A stretch of DNA of 56,264 bases, filler included, from Jimgerdemannia flammicorona (GCA_003990765.1; 3 parts of 3 records of this genome joined end to end with filler, not necessarily neighbours in it); one strand, 5' to 3'. Counted from the whole stretch's first letter, positions 34,780-47,879 are shown. Translations and numbers: made by a program. Notes: a model not told the origin generated them from the letters alone.

Positions 34780-36817
34780 CTATAAGTCCACATTCGGCCC
34801 CTCCTGCACCAAGTCCAAGTCATGTTCAGCAGCTAGTTCCCTTTCTCCAGCTTTCTGTACCTCCAACCCTCCCAGAAGTTCTACCATTGCCCCATCTTCG
34901 TGCTTCTCAAAGTCCTCATGATATTCCAGACAGGCCTCCTGCCAGAACTGCAAGCTATGCCACTCCACCCAACAGTATGCCACCCACTCCCCAGCGACCA
35001 CTGCCAGCTCAGCCCTCCTCACCTCATCAACCTCATATCCCTCCTCCTCCAGGAAAATCGAAAGAATCTCCCCCTTCAGTGCCTCCACCACTCCCTCACC
35101 ATGCAAAACCTGTGCCCAGTGCTTCTCAGGCATTATCCACAGGTCCACTTCCCCCAAAGTCTCAGCCATGAGGTTATCCATCACCTTGCTCATCTACAGC
35201 AAGTTCCCCACCTCCTTCCCTCCCAGAGTCCCCAGCTGTCCTACATCCAACATCATGGTGTCAGCCCCTATACTGGCAGCCTCATCCCACTCCTCCTCAG
35301 GGACATCCACCAGCTCATCCTCACCAACCACCACCATCTGACCCTCTTTTTCCACATCTGGGACCCCAAAGTGCACTCGCTGGGCCCCCTCCATCAGCGT
35401 ATCCTCTGTTGGCCACCTCTTTCCAGCTGGGCCCCTCCTGATAAGTGGGGGGGAGGTTGCATCCAGCTCTGGCTTCCAGACCTCGAAAGTGCTGTCAGTA
35501 AAGGGGTTCTTGCTCAGCATCTTTTCAGCCCCTTCCTTGCCCACCTCCTCCTCCCCAACCTCTTTACTTGCCCAAACACTGGCTTCAACCCCCCCAGACC
35601 CTTCAGCTCCCACTGCCTTCTGCTTAGCCTCTACATTCATACTTGCAAGTAGCTCTCTCTGCCTCCAGCACCCCTGTGCCCACTCCCACTGCTTCCTGTC
35701 AGTACAGATGTATTTCCCATCCACCACCTCCAGATGCATCGACTCCTCATATACCTTCCAGGCCCTTGCCCTTCTCTCTACAGCGCCACTCATCTCCTCC
35801 AATGCCTCCAACAAGTCCTCCTCCTCCTCCTCACTCCCCTTCACCCTTGACACCTTACAGATGAATGCCCCCCACATCAGTATGGAAGGCCAGTCACTTG
35901 CCTTCCCTGTGGCCTCCTTGCCCACCAGCCGAATCCTGACATCAATGTCACCTGTCCTGATCGTTGTCCCCTCCCACATCTGAAAACCGATATCCACCAC
36001 ATCACTATACTCAATCATCACCTCCTCCACCCTCTTCCTAGTCTCCTCCTTAGTCACTGTGGGCACCCTCTTCACCAGAAGCTGCACCACCCTGGGGTCC
36101 AATCGCAAGCACCACACCATGGGAACTACCACCTCCCCAACTACAACACCAGTCTTCAGTACCTCATCCAGTGGACCTGCCTCCTCAAAGCCCACCTCGA
36201 CTCCCTCCAGACCCTTCAAGAACTTCACTGAGGCCACCCCAGCCACCTGCTTCGAAATAAGCCCCAGAACCATCCTCGCCATCACTGCTAAGCCCTGGAA
36301 GCACAAGGTCACTGCAAACTCCAAGATCAACTTCTTGAGCAATGGGGTCACCACCAGCCCCGTTATACCATCTGCCAGGTCCCCCTTCTGCATTGGGAAC
36401 CCCTGCCCCACCTGGCCATCAGCTATCATATCTCTTTTTTTTTCCTGATTCCCTGTCACTCCCATCAACAGTCACACCCCCAGCCACAGCACCTCCAGCC
36501 CCTATGCCTGCACTCCCTGCTGGAGCACCACTCTCCTTCCCAAGACTCACCTTGCCCTTCCCCTCAGCAGCACCAGCCCTATTACCAGCTGGCCACCCAC
36601 TCTCCTTGACCTTGTCTGTGAAGCTCAGGAGACCAGATCTTCTCCTACTGCCACTGGACACTGGTCCCCCTCCAGAGCCTTCTCCATTCTTTGGTCCTCC
36701 GAAGGCCCCCATCTCCAGGCCATAACCCCTCCCCACCTGCTGCCAGTCAAAGGCCCTAGATCCACCTGACCTAGTATGCACACTGGTATGGTCATTGCTC
36801 TCTATATTGCTAGTCAC
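34780..36817 (-). pseudogene. LINE-B ORF1, disrupted
   Basis: Fragments 36419-36817, 35194-36468 and 34780-35193 are homologous to LINE-A ORF1. Confidence 0.8.
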
Positions 36818-37480
36818 CTTTCACCAAAACGATGTCAAAAGTGTTGCCTGAGTCTTGTGTCACCTGAATGTTACTGGTGAAAGGTGTATAGTCTATAATC
36901 TTTGTAGCCTTTGAGTTGAATCTACATATTTGCCCTGAAAGTATAATACTCTTTGATATAGAACTTAGCAGGCAGCCATCCTAAGGAATATATATTCAAC
37001 TGATCTCAAGATCCAAACTTGCAAAACAAGAAGTCACTACAGAAGGAGATACAATAGACTCTGAATACACAGGTAAAAATAAGATCATCTTGAAGAATAG
37101 TAATACTGAATAGATTTGAATCTACAGAGAAGAGAAAATTTTCCAAGCAGTCTTCATCAAGATTGAGATACTCCAACTTCAGAAAGTTCCCAAACTGACC
37201 CAAGGCACAATATAGATTAAAAGATTTAGGAGCTTAGATAAGAAGAAAGTATATCTCCTTCAAGTCAACTACTTTAAGAAGAATATACTCCAATAAGTAT
37301 ACTACCAATCAGTCAAACTCCTCAAGAATCTCATTCTAGAAATAAGAGAGCAGACCATCTTCAATATCTTTATACCACTAGACCCCAGGAATCTCTTCTT
37401 CAAAATAAATGAAGATCTCAAAAACCTTGATATAGAAGGACATATATTCTCAGATAAGATGAATCCTTTTTTTTTTTTTT

Positions 37481-37580
37481 NNNNNNNNNNNNNNNNNNNN
37501 NNNNNNNNNNNNNNNNNNNNNNNNTTAATTAATTAANNNNNNNNNNNNNNNNNNNNNNNNNNNNNNNNNNNNNNNNNNNN
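37481..37580. other. Assembly spacer N44-TTAATTAATTAA-N44
   Basis: Identical design to the spacer at 18692-18791. Confidence 0.98.
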
Positions 37581-38734
37581 CATTTTACAGACTCAGAGTC
37601 TTGTAGATTTTAATTGGAAGGGAATCTAGACTATATAGGCCAAAACCCTCCCCCACCACCCATCAAGTACTGCCCCCTCATTAATCTAGACTAGCTATTG
37701 TCCAGCAGTTTGACTATACCAGACACAGCAGGACTTATGTTGACCTGTACCTTATTCTGTGCATCATGCTCTTCCTACTATCAGAGAGAACTCAGCCATA
37801 TACCAATGACTGAAAGCACACACCCAAGACTCCAATGTATGTACAAGACCATGCCCAAGCTGAATAGAATAGCTCCTGCCACCCCAAAGAGAATGACAGG
37901 TAAAGAAAAAACCCTTATCAAAGTATATTACAGTGAGTAGGGCCTGGTTCTCTCAAATGAGGTAAGTAGAGGACTTATATGAGAGACAGGAGGAGACCCC
38001 CAATACTCCACTACTCAAGTCTGTGGGCCTCAATCACATTGCTGTGTCAGCTCTCAGTTCTAGTTAAATGCAGCCAAGATGTCTGAAATGGGTAGCCTTG
38101 GGCCCTCCAACTCCCTCTAATGACTGGTGCCCAATCTGCTGAATTGCCAAAAGAAGCTGAGAGTGACACCTACTATCTAACCACTCCACACCAATCAAAA
38201 GGCCCCACTGAAGCAGTATCTGCCCCAGCCCTGATGACTGCCTCCAGCCTAACACCCTACTGGTTTACCATAATTGCCCTTCCACCTATCTGTGATGACC
38301 ATCTCCCCTCCCATTCCAACAACATCCAAAAAACAGTCATCTACACCAGAACTGCACTCACCAGAAAGCTCACCAAAGTCAGAGGGCTCTATAATAGGCA
38401 CTGAGGACCTGCAGATAACCTATACTGAACACTTGATACCCAAGGTTGGCTGACTTTCTATATAACCCATGATGCACCAAGACAATACCTTATTGGCAAC
38501 AGTAAAAGGAAGAAGGCACTATACCAAAACAGGTATACTCCAGATGCAGCCAAAGGTATCAGAATCTGCAAAAGAGTGGAGAAGACACTGATCTAATATC
38601 AATAAAGAGGCAACTTATCACCATTGCCCTCCTCCCACTATGCCTATTTGGGTATAGCAAACCAACCTAAGATATAGGGGGTAATAATAAGAGAAAGGGG
38701 ACTCAGAAGGTTGCCTACCAAACCTTGTAACTAG

Positions 38735-41700
38735 TAAGATAGTGGAGAAAGGAGCTGTTCTTAGTGATTGCATTGAACTTTCTATAATCAATGCAGAGTC
38801 TTAGAGTAAACTCTCCAGGCTTGCTTTCTTTCTTTAAAGTAAGAACAATGGGTGAAGCTCAGAAACTAATAGCTTGCTTAATGATACCAGCTTCTTCTAT
38901 TTTCTTAAGTTCTGCTCACAGCTATTCTCTGTAGACAGATAGTATGGGTCTGGCTTTCTAGTAGATGGGCTTGGTATCACTAGTATCAACTTTATGGTAG
39001 TACTTGAGTTCTTGATTGTGGATATCCCTAAAGTCTGTGGCAAGTACTCCTTTATTCTGGTACAGGATCTTGAGAAGTTGTTCTTCTAAGAGAAAGTTTT
39101 CTCTAATAGTATATGTGTACTTATTCTGGTTCTTATCTGTCTTATACTTAAGTTTGGTAATCTTGATAGCAGCATAGGCTCCTCCTCCAGTAGATCAAAA
39201 GTCTTATTCTTCTCTCTTAGTTTTGATGAGTTTGATGGCTTCAGTGATCTTAGGCTTCTTGACTTCATAGATCAGTATCTGGCCAATTCTATCATGCTTC
39301 TTAACTTTGAATAGAGTGGTGGAGTTGTGATTCCTAACTATAAGGAAGATCTCACTAGTATAATCAGAGTCAATGACTCCTCCTTCAACTGACATTTTAC
39401 TCTTAGCCAAACTGCTCCTGGTCTTGATAATTCTGATATAGTTCTCTGGTAACTTGACTTTAATTCCAGTACCAAGTAGAGTAGTGGTCTGTGGTTTGAG
39501 GATAGTATCTTGGATACTGGTAAGGTCTAGTTCTATGGCTTCTTCAGTCTTATATTCTGAGATCTTGGCTTTAGGGTGAAACTTCTTGACCTTGAGAGTA
39601 ATGTCTAGTTCTTGTTTCTCCTCATCATTGCTATCAGCTTAAAGCTCTAAGGGCTGGTCATCTTCTTCAGCTTTCCTTTTTGCTTCAGCAGCTTCTTACT
39701 TATGTCTTTATTGATAGATTTTTCTGACTTTACTGATATAAGACCAGTAGTCATTCAGATGTTTGAAGTAGTACATCCTAGCACCATAGAGGCATCTTCT
39801 TTGAGGAGTATAGCAATCAATGATCTTGTTATACTACTACTCATCTGTGAGCTTATTGTCTTGCTCTTATTCTTATATACTAAGTATATGAAGACTTCTG
39901 TATTCTCTTATCTCCTTTCTCTATATCTGATAGTACTCTTTTATGGACATTAATAGAGACTTGTATCTTTCTTCCTCTATAGTTGATCTGTATTTTCTGA
40001 GCATTGAGGTCAATGATAGCCTTGGCCTTGTGAAGCCATTAATTACCAATGAGAATATCATAGTTAGTGGTACTTGTAATAATCACATCTACTGAGATGG
40101 TAGCTCCTCCAATCTTGATGGAGACTTCTTGGATCTTGCCTAGGGGGGTAGCTCATATACTATCTGCTGTGACTAGTACTCCAAATGAGTCAATCCAGAT
40201 GAGATTTGGATGGGATTCAAATCAACTATTGTTTTGATTTCCAAATTAGACAATTAAATATTTACATCAATAACTCAGTAAATAATTATCTAAATTTAAT
40301 TTTCTTGATATCATTTGAAAGCCCTTAATAAGGCCTTTCTAATGATACCAAGAACATTAAAATCAGATTATGAATTACTGATATATTAAGAAAAACATTC
40401 TATTTGACAAAATTTTCAAAATTGGTATATCAAAGAATTTCCAAAATTGGCAATTCAGACATTTTCCTTCATAACTCAGCAATGTATGCTCCAATTTCAA
40501 TGTTCTTGATATCATTAGATAGGCCTTATTAAGGGCTTTCAAATGATACTAATATTATAAAATTTGGATGATTATTCATCAAGTTATTGATATAAACATT
40601 TAATTGTCTAATTTGGAAATCAAAACAATGGTTGATTCAAATCCATCTGAATGGAATTCAATCCAAATCGATTCAAATTCAATCCAGATTAAATTAACTC
40701 ATTAGGAGCACTAGCTATGATAAAGATCATTTTGGTGGATTCTTTAATATCCCAGCCTAGGTGGTCAATTGTCTTCTTACTTATAAGATATCCTTCAGTA
40801 CTGGTATCAATGATAGTATCAAAGATATAATCTTCAATCTGATATTAAGTATAAGCTGTGGTCTTACACTGATCTTCAGATTCTTTGCCTAAGTCATTTT
40901 GTTTATCTTCTTATACATTGTGAGCTACTATGATCTTGTACTCTTAGTTCTTGACTATGGTTGCAAGTCCTACTCTTAACTACTGTCTGAAAGTAGGGAC
41001 TTTCACTAGTTGTCCAAAAGTAGCATTGATCTTCTGTTTCTTGAGATCCTTGTAAATATCATACTGGTAGATCTTGGTCTTATACAGCTTCTATTCTTTC
41101 TTACTTTCACTCTCTCCTGAGACTAGATTAGTGCCTTCAATAATTTGGCAGGCAGTTTCATCTAACTCTATGTCTTGATCAATCTTCTCAAGTTGGGTCT
41201 TACTTTGAATAGTGATGATTGAGGTCTTTTTTAGTCTTCCAACTGACTTGCTATTGTTCTTCTTATTATAGGGCTTGGACTGGGTTCTGATACCTTTAGT
41301 AATAGAGTAGAATTTAGACTCCTCATAGTATTCTTTATCATCAGTGTCACCAATATCCTCAATAACTACTACATTGATTTGTTCTCTGGTTCTGGTAGTA
41401 TCACTTGATTGAGCTCTACACCTTGTTTCAGTTATGCAATTCTTTACATAGTAGCCTTCTTCTCTATATTTAAAGTATATGATGGTGCATTCTTCTGTAG
41501 TAGCTGCAAACTTCTGTATTGGTCTCCTGTTGGCATCTTATACTTCTCTAATAATATCACTAAGGTATGCAGTTATCTTGGCAAACTGCTGGGGGAGCTT
41601 CTCCACTGGATCAGCTTTGGTTATCTTGAGGGTAGGTGGGGATGGTTGTCTGTTAATAGCTATGATGGATATGATACTGGTTGATTTTGATGGCTCTATC

Positions 41701-43016
41701 TTAATGCCAGTTATTTTTTCCATTGAGTATTTAGCAGGGTATCTGGTAGTTCAATATCTCTGTGTAAAGACCACTTTCTGATCAAGGGTCAGAGCAGCTA
41801 GAATAGATCAGATTGCTAGAGTAATATTATAGTGGACTCCTTTTAGAAAGGTTGAATCAGCTATCTGTTTCTTAAGAGCATCATCATAGCTAGCCAAGAT
41901 AATCTGGTGGCAGATTCAGATATAGAATGAGTTGGAATCTTCACTGAGTCTCTGGCAGATAGCATTGAGTTAATCTTTGAGAGCTTGCTTAATCTCTTCA
42001 GTACAATATGTAGTTCTGAGGAAGTTCTTCATATTGGCAAGTTTGGCTGCACCAGTATCAGTAATAGTGACTATATTGAACTTATCTCTAGTAGGTCCTC
42101 TGAGGCTAACTGGTAGAAGAGCCAATTATGCATCTATGGTGAGAGCTCATATAGTGGCAAATTGTTCAAAGTCTTCAATAAAGGTCAGGATTGACTTTTT
42201 AGTAGTAAATCCATAGAATATTAAGAGATATATTTCTATCTTATCTTGAATTCTTATAGGGGGTGACTCTTGTAGTCAGGGTAGTTATGGTAGTAGTTGT
42301 TCATTTTTTAGCTTGAAAGTGAGAGATCCTAATTGTATCACCAGCCAATAGACATCAAGTTGTCATATAGTGGATGCTGAGTCCTTCAAATACTTCAAGA
42401 TATATCTCTTAAACTAACTACAAGTTTGTTATAAGCAAGTTCTTATTAGAGTACCTTCCCAAGGTCTTATAGTCCTCAAACTTCTTATCTTTAAACTGTC
42501 TTATTATCTCTTAGATTGCTTATATAAAATTGAGTATAAGTAAACTGAGAGAACTGAGGAGACTGACTTTAATTCAAAGAAAATGAGAACAAAATATAAT
42601 TCAATAGTTGCTAAGATATAAAGCTAAATATAAATTCCAATAACTAAATAAATAAGATACTAAAATACAAAAAACTTTGGTTGTAAGTATAAATTCAAGT
42701 ATCTATACAAATAGTTACATAAGTTCAGAATACTAGTAGATTTCAGTTGTATAAGAAAAAGATGCCAGAAGATTTAGATGTTTAGATAAACAGTTATATA
42801 AAGAACTCAGAGCAGAATGTTCAGAACTCTGGAGACTTTATCTTCATCACTATTATTAAAGTTAGAGGTCAGGGACAGAATGTCTTTGAAGAAGATGAGA
42901 TTAGCAAATGTTTCATCTGTTTTGCATATATTACACATTTTGTGTACTTCATATATGTCACCAATTAGTAGAATGATATCATAACTGATGACATTATCAT
43001 TAGTAATGTCATCACA
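38735..43016 (-). mobile_element. El3: older, 3'-truncated relative of El1 (5' LTR, gag, PR, X, dUTPase, start of RT)
   Basis: Colinear with El1 from about 10620 to the 5' LTR. dUTPase GGVIDSDYTSEIFL at about 39190-39600. Putative LTR 42361-43016 (tgtcat...catcaca) with a decayed PBS. Confidence 0.85.
40174..40713. mobile_element. hAT-like MITE (540 bp) inserted in the El3 protease region
   Basis: TIRs tagtactccaaatgagtcaa and ttaactcattaggagcacta. 8-bp TSD gctgtgac (40166-40173) and gctatgat (40714-40721); El1 has a single gctgtgac at the equivalent site. Long subterminal inverted repeats. Confidence 0.85.
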
Positions 43017-43150
43017 TTTGGTAGTGGTAGAGAGGAGAGTAAGGAGATCCAGAACTCTCCAGTCTATGAGGTTCTCCTCTATAAAGTAGAAGATGAAGGT
43101 AGGATTTTGAGGAGGTCTGACTTAGATACTGAGGTCTTGGAATACTGAGA

Positions 43151-43689
43151 TTAATTCCTGTAGGAATTGATCAGAATAATTCTTAAGGATGAGATTTCAG
43201 AACCTCCTACCTCATCACTTTTGAGGATGATGGTGGATTGGACTTCTGTGGTCACTATGACCTCTAGTATATCTGTGTAGTAGGCTGACAACTCCTTGAA
43301 GTCTGAGACTCTGGTATACTCCAAGTTGAGATTAACCAAGATATATATCTGAAGATCTGATAGATCTTTTTGGCTATTCTCAATTTGTATGCAATTATGA
43401 GGATAGTATTTTATATTTCTTAGAGACTGGCCTCAGGGAATTTCTGGCAGAAGAGATTTCCTATTTCATATTCCTACCATATCTAGAAGCATTTAGTAGT
43501 AATATTGATCCTTGTTTCCATTTTATAGTGATTGAGAATAAAGTGTTAAGGGTCACTAGTACTCAGATTGAGACTAGGAGTCCTTCTTGTGTAGGTCCTC
43601 ATGGCTCTCTTGATATCTTGAAATATCCTTTCTTGAACTGAGGAGTCTTGGTAATTCCTGAACCTTAAGATTTGGCAGATGGTAGATAT
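43151..43689 (-). pseudogene. Third copy of the accessory ORF3 (element El4), decayed
   Basis: SLNLSTSD..CF*IW*EYEIG..RIAKKIYQI..NLEYTRVSDFKEL..LEVIVTTE aligns with El2 ORF3 ALNLSSPD..CLEIWHEYEIG..RLAKKIHQI..NLNYIQLKDFQNL..LEVKVAQE. Confidence 0.75.
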
Positions 43690-44239
43690 TTTGTTTATAG
43701 TAAGTCTTTGAACTATTTTGGGATTTTGTAAGTCTTGTTTGAGTTGCTACTACTGTAGTTCCTTAGTTCTTCTTTTATATTTCTTGAGGTATATATCTAT
43801 CTTGTGGTCATGATAACTCATGGTTGGCCATTATTACTTATCTTGTAGCCTAGATGAGTTATGCTATATGATCTTCTTGTGCTCCAATCTAGTGGCTTGT
43901 AAGGAAAGACTGGCTTCTATAATAATATCATCATTCTGAGGTCACTATTATAATATATATATAGGTTAGCTTAGATTGTAAAGCACTAGTTCTGAGAAGT
44001 AGCCAAGGTGAGATATTCTTTAATTATTACTAATGATATTGATGATGTTGACTGAGTTATTTATATTTGTGATAGATTCTTTAAGAGAAGCCTACTTATG
44101 AGTGAGAGTAACTTCTACTGCTACTAAATTAATATAAAACTATATACTGATAGAATTAATATATTATAGATAATTAAGATTGACTATCAGCTCTAAGTTC
44201 TGAGTTTATATAAGAAAGTACTAAGTTCCAATTACCTGT

Positions 44240-44504
44240 TGTAGTAGTATAGTCTAAGTATCACTTTCAGGTTTTTATACTAATAGTAGAGGTACTATAC
44301 TTATATCTTAAGTTAATTAAGCTCAAAATTGTTAATAAGTTAGATCTGAGGATTCTTAGATAAGAATACTGCTTTATTCTTATAGTTAGTAAAAGTAGAG
44401 CTAAGGTTATAATATACTCAGTATAGAGAGTATTTATACAGATTCAAAGCTATGACTAAATATAGTATACTTGATATATTTATATATTGTTATACTATAT
44501 TTGA
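44240..44504 (-). repeat. Putative LTR portion of El4, interrupted by the VNTR retroposon
   Basis: Begins tgtagt. Carries actgctttatt (44368-44378) and gtatttatac (44430-44439) in the same order as the poly(A)-signal and TATA motifs of the El2 LTR. No partner LTR found. Confidence 0.4.
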
Positions 44505-45720
44505 TTTTTTTTTTTTTTTTTTTAGGCTATAGCCTCATTTATTAACTATCTATAACATGCCACATGTCCTCATATAACATTAGTAACCCCATTCCACTCT
44601 AATCTCAACCCACTTTCATACTCACCCAGTCTTGTATCTTTAGAGTGTAAGTTGCAACCTCACTGCCCAAGTAACTAGATCCTCCTACCCAGCCTGCCCC
44701 ACCTAGTAGGTATGGGTTGTGAGCCCCAACCACCTCAAGTATTTGGCATCTAGTATACCTGACCTACCCCTATTAGTACCTCCTATCTTACTCATCTAGC
44801 CTGTCTTGCCTATCTTGTCCATCTTGCCTACTTGTATTACCCATATTACCATCTTGCCATCTTGTCCATCTTGCCTATCTTGCCTATCTTGCCCATCTTA
44901 CCTGTCTTGCCTGCCTATTGCCCATGTTGTCCATATTGCCTATGTTGCCTGTGTTGTCTATATTGCCTGTGTTATCCATTTTGCCTATTTTGTCTATTTT
45001 ACTCATATTGCCTATCTTGCTGTCTGCTCATCTTGCCCATGTCACCTATCTTGCTGTCTTGTTTGTCTTGCCCATCTTGCCTATCTTGCCCGCCTGTATT
45101 GCCCATATTACCTATATTATCTGTATTGCCTGTATTGTCTATGTTGCCCATATTATCTGTATTGTCTGTATTACCCATATTGTCTATGTTGCCTATATTA
45201 CCTGTGTTGCCCACCCATATTGCCCATATTGCCTGTATTGCCCATTTTGTCCATTTTGCCCATTTTGCCCATCTTGCTCATATTGCCTATCTTGCCATCT
45301 ACCCATCTTGCCCATGTCACCCATCTTACTATCTTGTCATCTTACCTATCTTGTCTATCTTACCTGTCTTGCCCATCTTACCCATCTTGCCTATCTTGCC
45401 CATGTCACCTATCTTGCCATCTTGCCTGTCTTGCCTGTCTTGCCCATCTTGTCTGTCTTGCCCATCTTGCCTGCCTGTGTTGCTCATATTGTCTATATTG
45501 CCCATGTTGCCTATATTGCCCATATTGCTTATATTGCCTATTTTGCCTATTTTGCCTATATTGCCTATCTTACTATCTGCCCATCTTGCTTATGTTACCC
45601 ATCTTGCCATCTTGCCATCTTGCCATCTTACCCATCTTGTCTGTCTTACCCATCTTACCCATCTTGCCCACCTATGTTGCCTGTGTTACCTATGTTGCTC
45701 ATATTGACTTAAAAGATTAC
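44505..45720 (-). mobile_element. Non-autonomous poly(A)-tailed retroposon with a 9-bp VNTR body
   Basis: Poly-T at 44505-44523, minus-strand AATAAA at about 44535-44540, and TSD tactatatttgat at 44493-44505 and 45724-45736. Confidence 0.75.
44780..45708. repeat. Degenerate 9-bp minisatellite (cccatcttg / cctgtcttg / cctatattg)
   Basis: About 100 visible units. The ORFs called here are by-products of the repeat. Confidence 0.92.
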
Positions 45721-46029
45721 CTGTACTATATTTGATATCTATAACTGCTAATTAGAGAAATTTTTATAGGAATTTCCAGTCACTTATAGATATATGTATA
45801 ATGATTTATTACATTATTCAAATTAATATCAATTTATAAGAGAATAGTCTAACTATTAACTCTCTAAACTCAATAATCAATAATACTTTTTTTTTATTAC
45901 TACTATCTATATTAATCTAAATTTAATACTTCTTATAGTTATTAACTATAATAATAATCTTCTTTAAAATACTTATATATTAATATATATAAAGTTTAAG
46001 AGATTTTTTTATTAATTCTTTTTTAATAG

Positions 46030-46830
46030 TATAATATACTAGCTCAATAAAGATAAATTATAAGGTCAGAGCTACTATATAAATTGGCTTGAGCCCCCAG
46101 TTACTTTGTCAAAAGTAATAAAATATTTAATGATTTCTGATACAAATTTATATAATATAGATAATTTAGACAATTTTCTTATTAAGATGAGTTTTCAAGA
46201 TACAGATGATTTCCTTATAAGAGAGGTGGTAGTAATTTTTATATAATGTAAGTGATTTCCTTCTTGAATAATTTCTATATAGTACAAGTAGTTTATATAT
46301 AATAATCTCTATATTATATAAGAGATTTAGTAGGCTTTCTTATTAGGTAGCAAGTTGACATTTTGGTAGATAATGTAAATTCTTCCTAAATTGACATTTT
46401 ACTTAAAAATAGTAGATTTTCCTTAAGCAGCAGATTACTTGGTAAGGTTCTTTAGGCTTAGTCTAGTAAGTATACTAAAATATAACAAACTTCTCAAAGT
46501 TATATCAAAGATTGCTTTATTTATACAAATAGATTTACTATAAAGGTATATCTTATACTAGACTAGCTTTGAGTGGTAGACTTCTTTATATTGAAAAGAA
46601 GACTAAAGTAGAAAAGGAATAAAGCTTACAATCTCCTAGAAGTAGCTTTAGAATAGACATTTCTCTTAAGTATTATAATCTTTTTTAGATCAAGGAGCTC
46701 TTGGTAGATATATCTCTCAATATATAATAAATAAACTTTTCAGACTGAGGTTTATTTACTTAAATCTCTAGGGTATTTTATATAGTTGTAATTACTATCT
46801 AATTACTATATAGCTAACTATAGAATATAC
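46030..46830 (-). repeat. Decayed copy of an LTR-like family (related to 47159-47500 and 55013-56250)
   Basis: Shares the terminal gctcaat..ttgagccc..agttactttgtcaaaag motif and the ttttcagactgaggtttatt...gctaactataga block (46737-46823 vs 55961-56047). Confidence 0.65.
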
Positions 46831-47158
46831 AATAATACTATTTAAAAAAAGAAGTAACTAAATATATCTACTGAGTACAGATATATCTAATGAATATAGA
46901 TATATCTGATGGATACAGATGTATCCTTAGGATATAGATCAATAAACCTAATTTAGTATCTTTGGCTAATTATATAAGTAATAATATATGTGAGTAATTA
47001 GATATAAATAACTATACTATACTGAGTATATATATTATCTAGCTATACTATATTATTTATTTATCACATCAGTCTATACTAAAGAGTAGTCTGTCTTCAG
47101 AATATCCTTTAGTCATTATTGTAATATCTATAGACATCTTCTATATCTATATCTATAC

Positions 47159-47500
47159 TATAATATATTAGCTCAATAGAGATAATTATAAGGTTAGAAC
47201 TATTATGTAGATTAGCTTGAACCCCTAGTTACTTTATCAAAAAGTAAATTTTCAATAGTTTCTCTTAGAAATGAGTATAAGTTCTCTATTTTATATAATA
47301 TAGATAATTTCAGTAATTTTCTAATTAAGTAGTAATTTTCTAAGTTGTGTGATATTCTTTCTTAAATAGTGAAGAATACAGATTCTTTCTGAATTAACAG
47401 ATAAGATATAATAGAATTCTCTTCTGGCTTATCTGACAAGCAGACCAAAAATATAATAGACTTCTTTATATTAAAAAGTAGACTAGAGTATGAATTAAAT
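47159..47500 (-). repeat. Second decayed partial copy of the same LTR-like family
   Basis: Same ~80-bp terminal motif, plus tagacttctttatatt.aaaag shared with about 46577-46600. Confidence 0.55.
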
Positions 47501-47879
47501 ATCAAGCTTACAATTTGTTAAAATATCTCAGTTATAGTAACTTGATATATAGTAGTATAGCCTAACTACATCATTATATAAATATCATTAATCTTAATAT
47601 ATAAAAGTATGACTTACTTAATTAATAAACAATTACTACTTCTTTCTCTCTATTTCATAATAAAAGATTATAAGTCCTACTAGTAAAAGTAGATAATAAT
47701 AAAGATATTCCTCTAATATATACTATACTATATTATATAATGTTTACTACTATTACTAGTAAAAGTACACCAGTTCTAAGTAATATAAGTAGAATAGAAT
47801 CTAGAATAGGTACTAGTATCTATTATAATAGTCATGACTATGACTATTCCTACAGTAGCACTAATAATAGTAAAGAGGA

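Larger units (their letters stand above)
31011..36886 (-). mobile_element. Full-length L1/Tx1-like LINE-B with poly(A) tail and TSD
   Basis: Poly-T at 31011-31049. TSD tatagtctataa at 30999-31010 and 36887-36898. ORF1 and ORF2 are homologous to LINE-A. Confidence 0.95.

Noticed and set aside
44806..45735. Long Cys/Leu/Pro-rich plus-strand ORFs (309, 291 and 264 aa)
   Set aside because: All three frames are open only because of the 9-bp repeat. The poly(A) tail and AATAAA show the element's sense is the minus strand.
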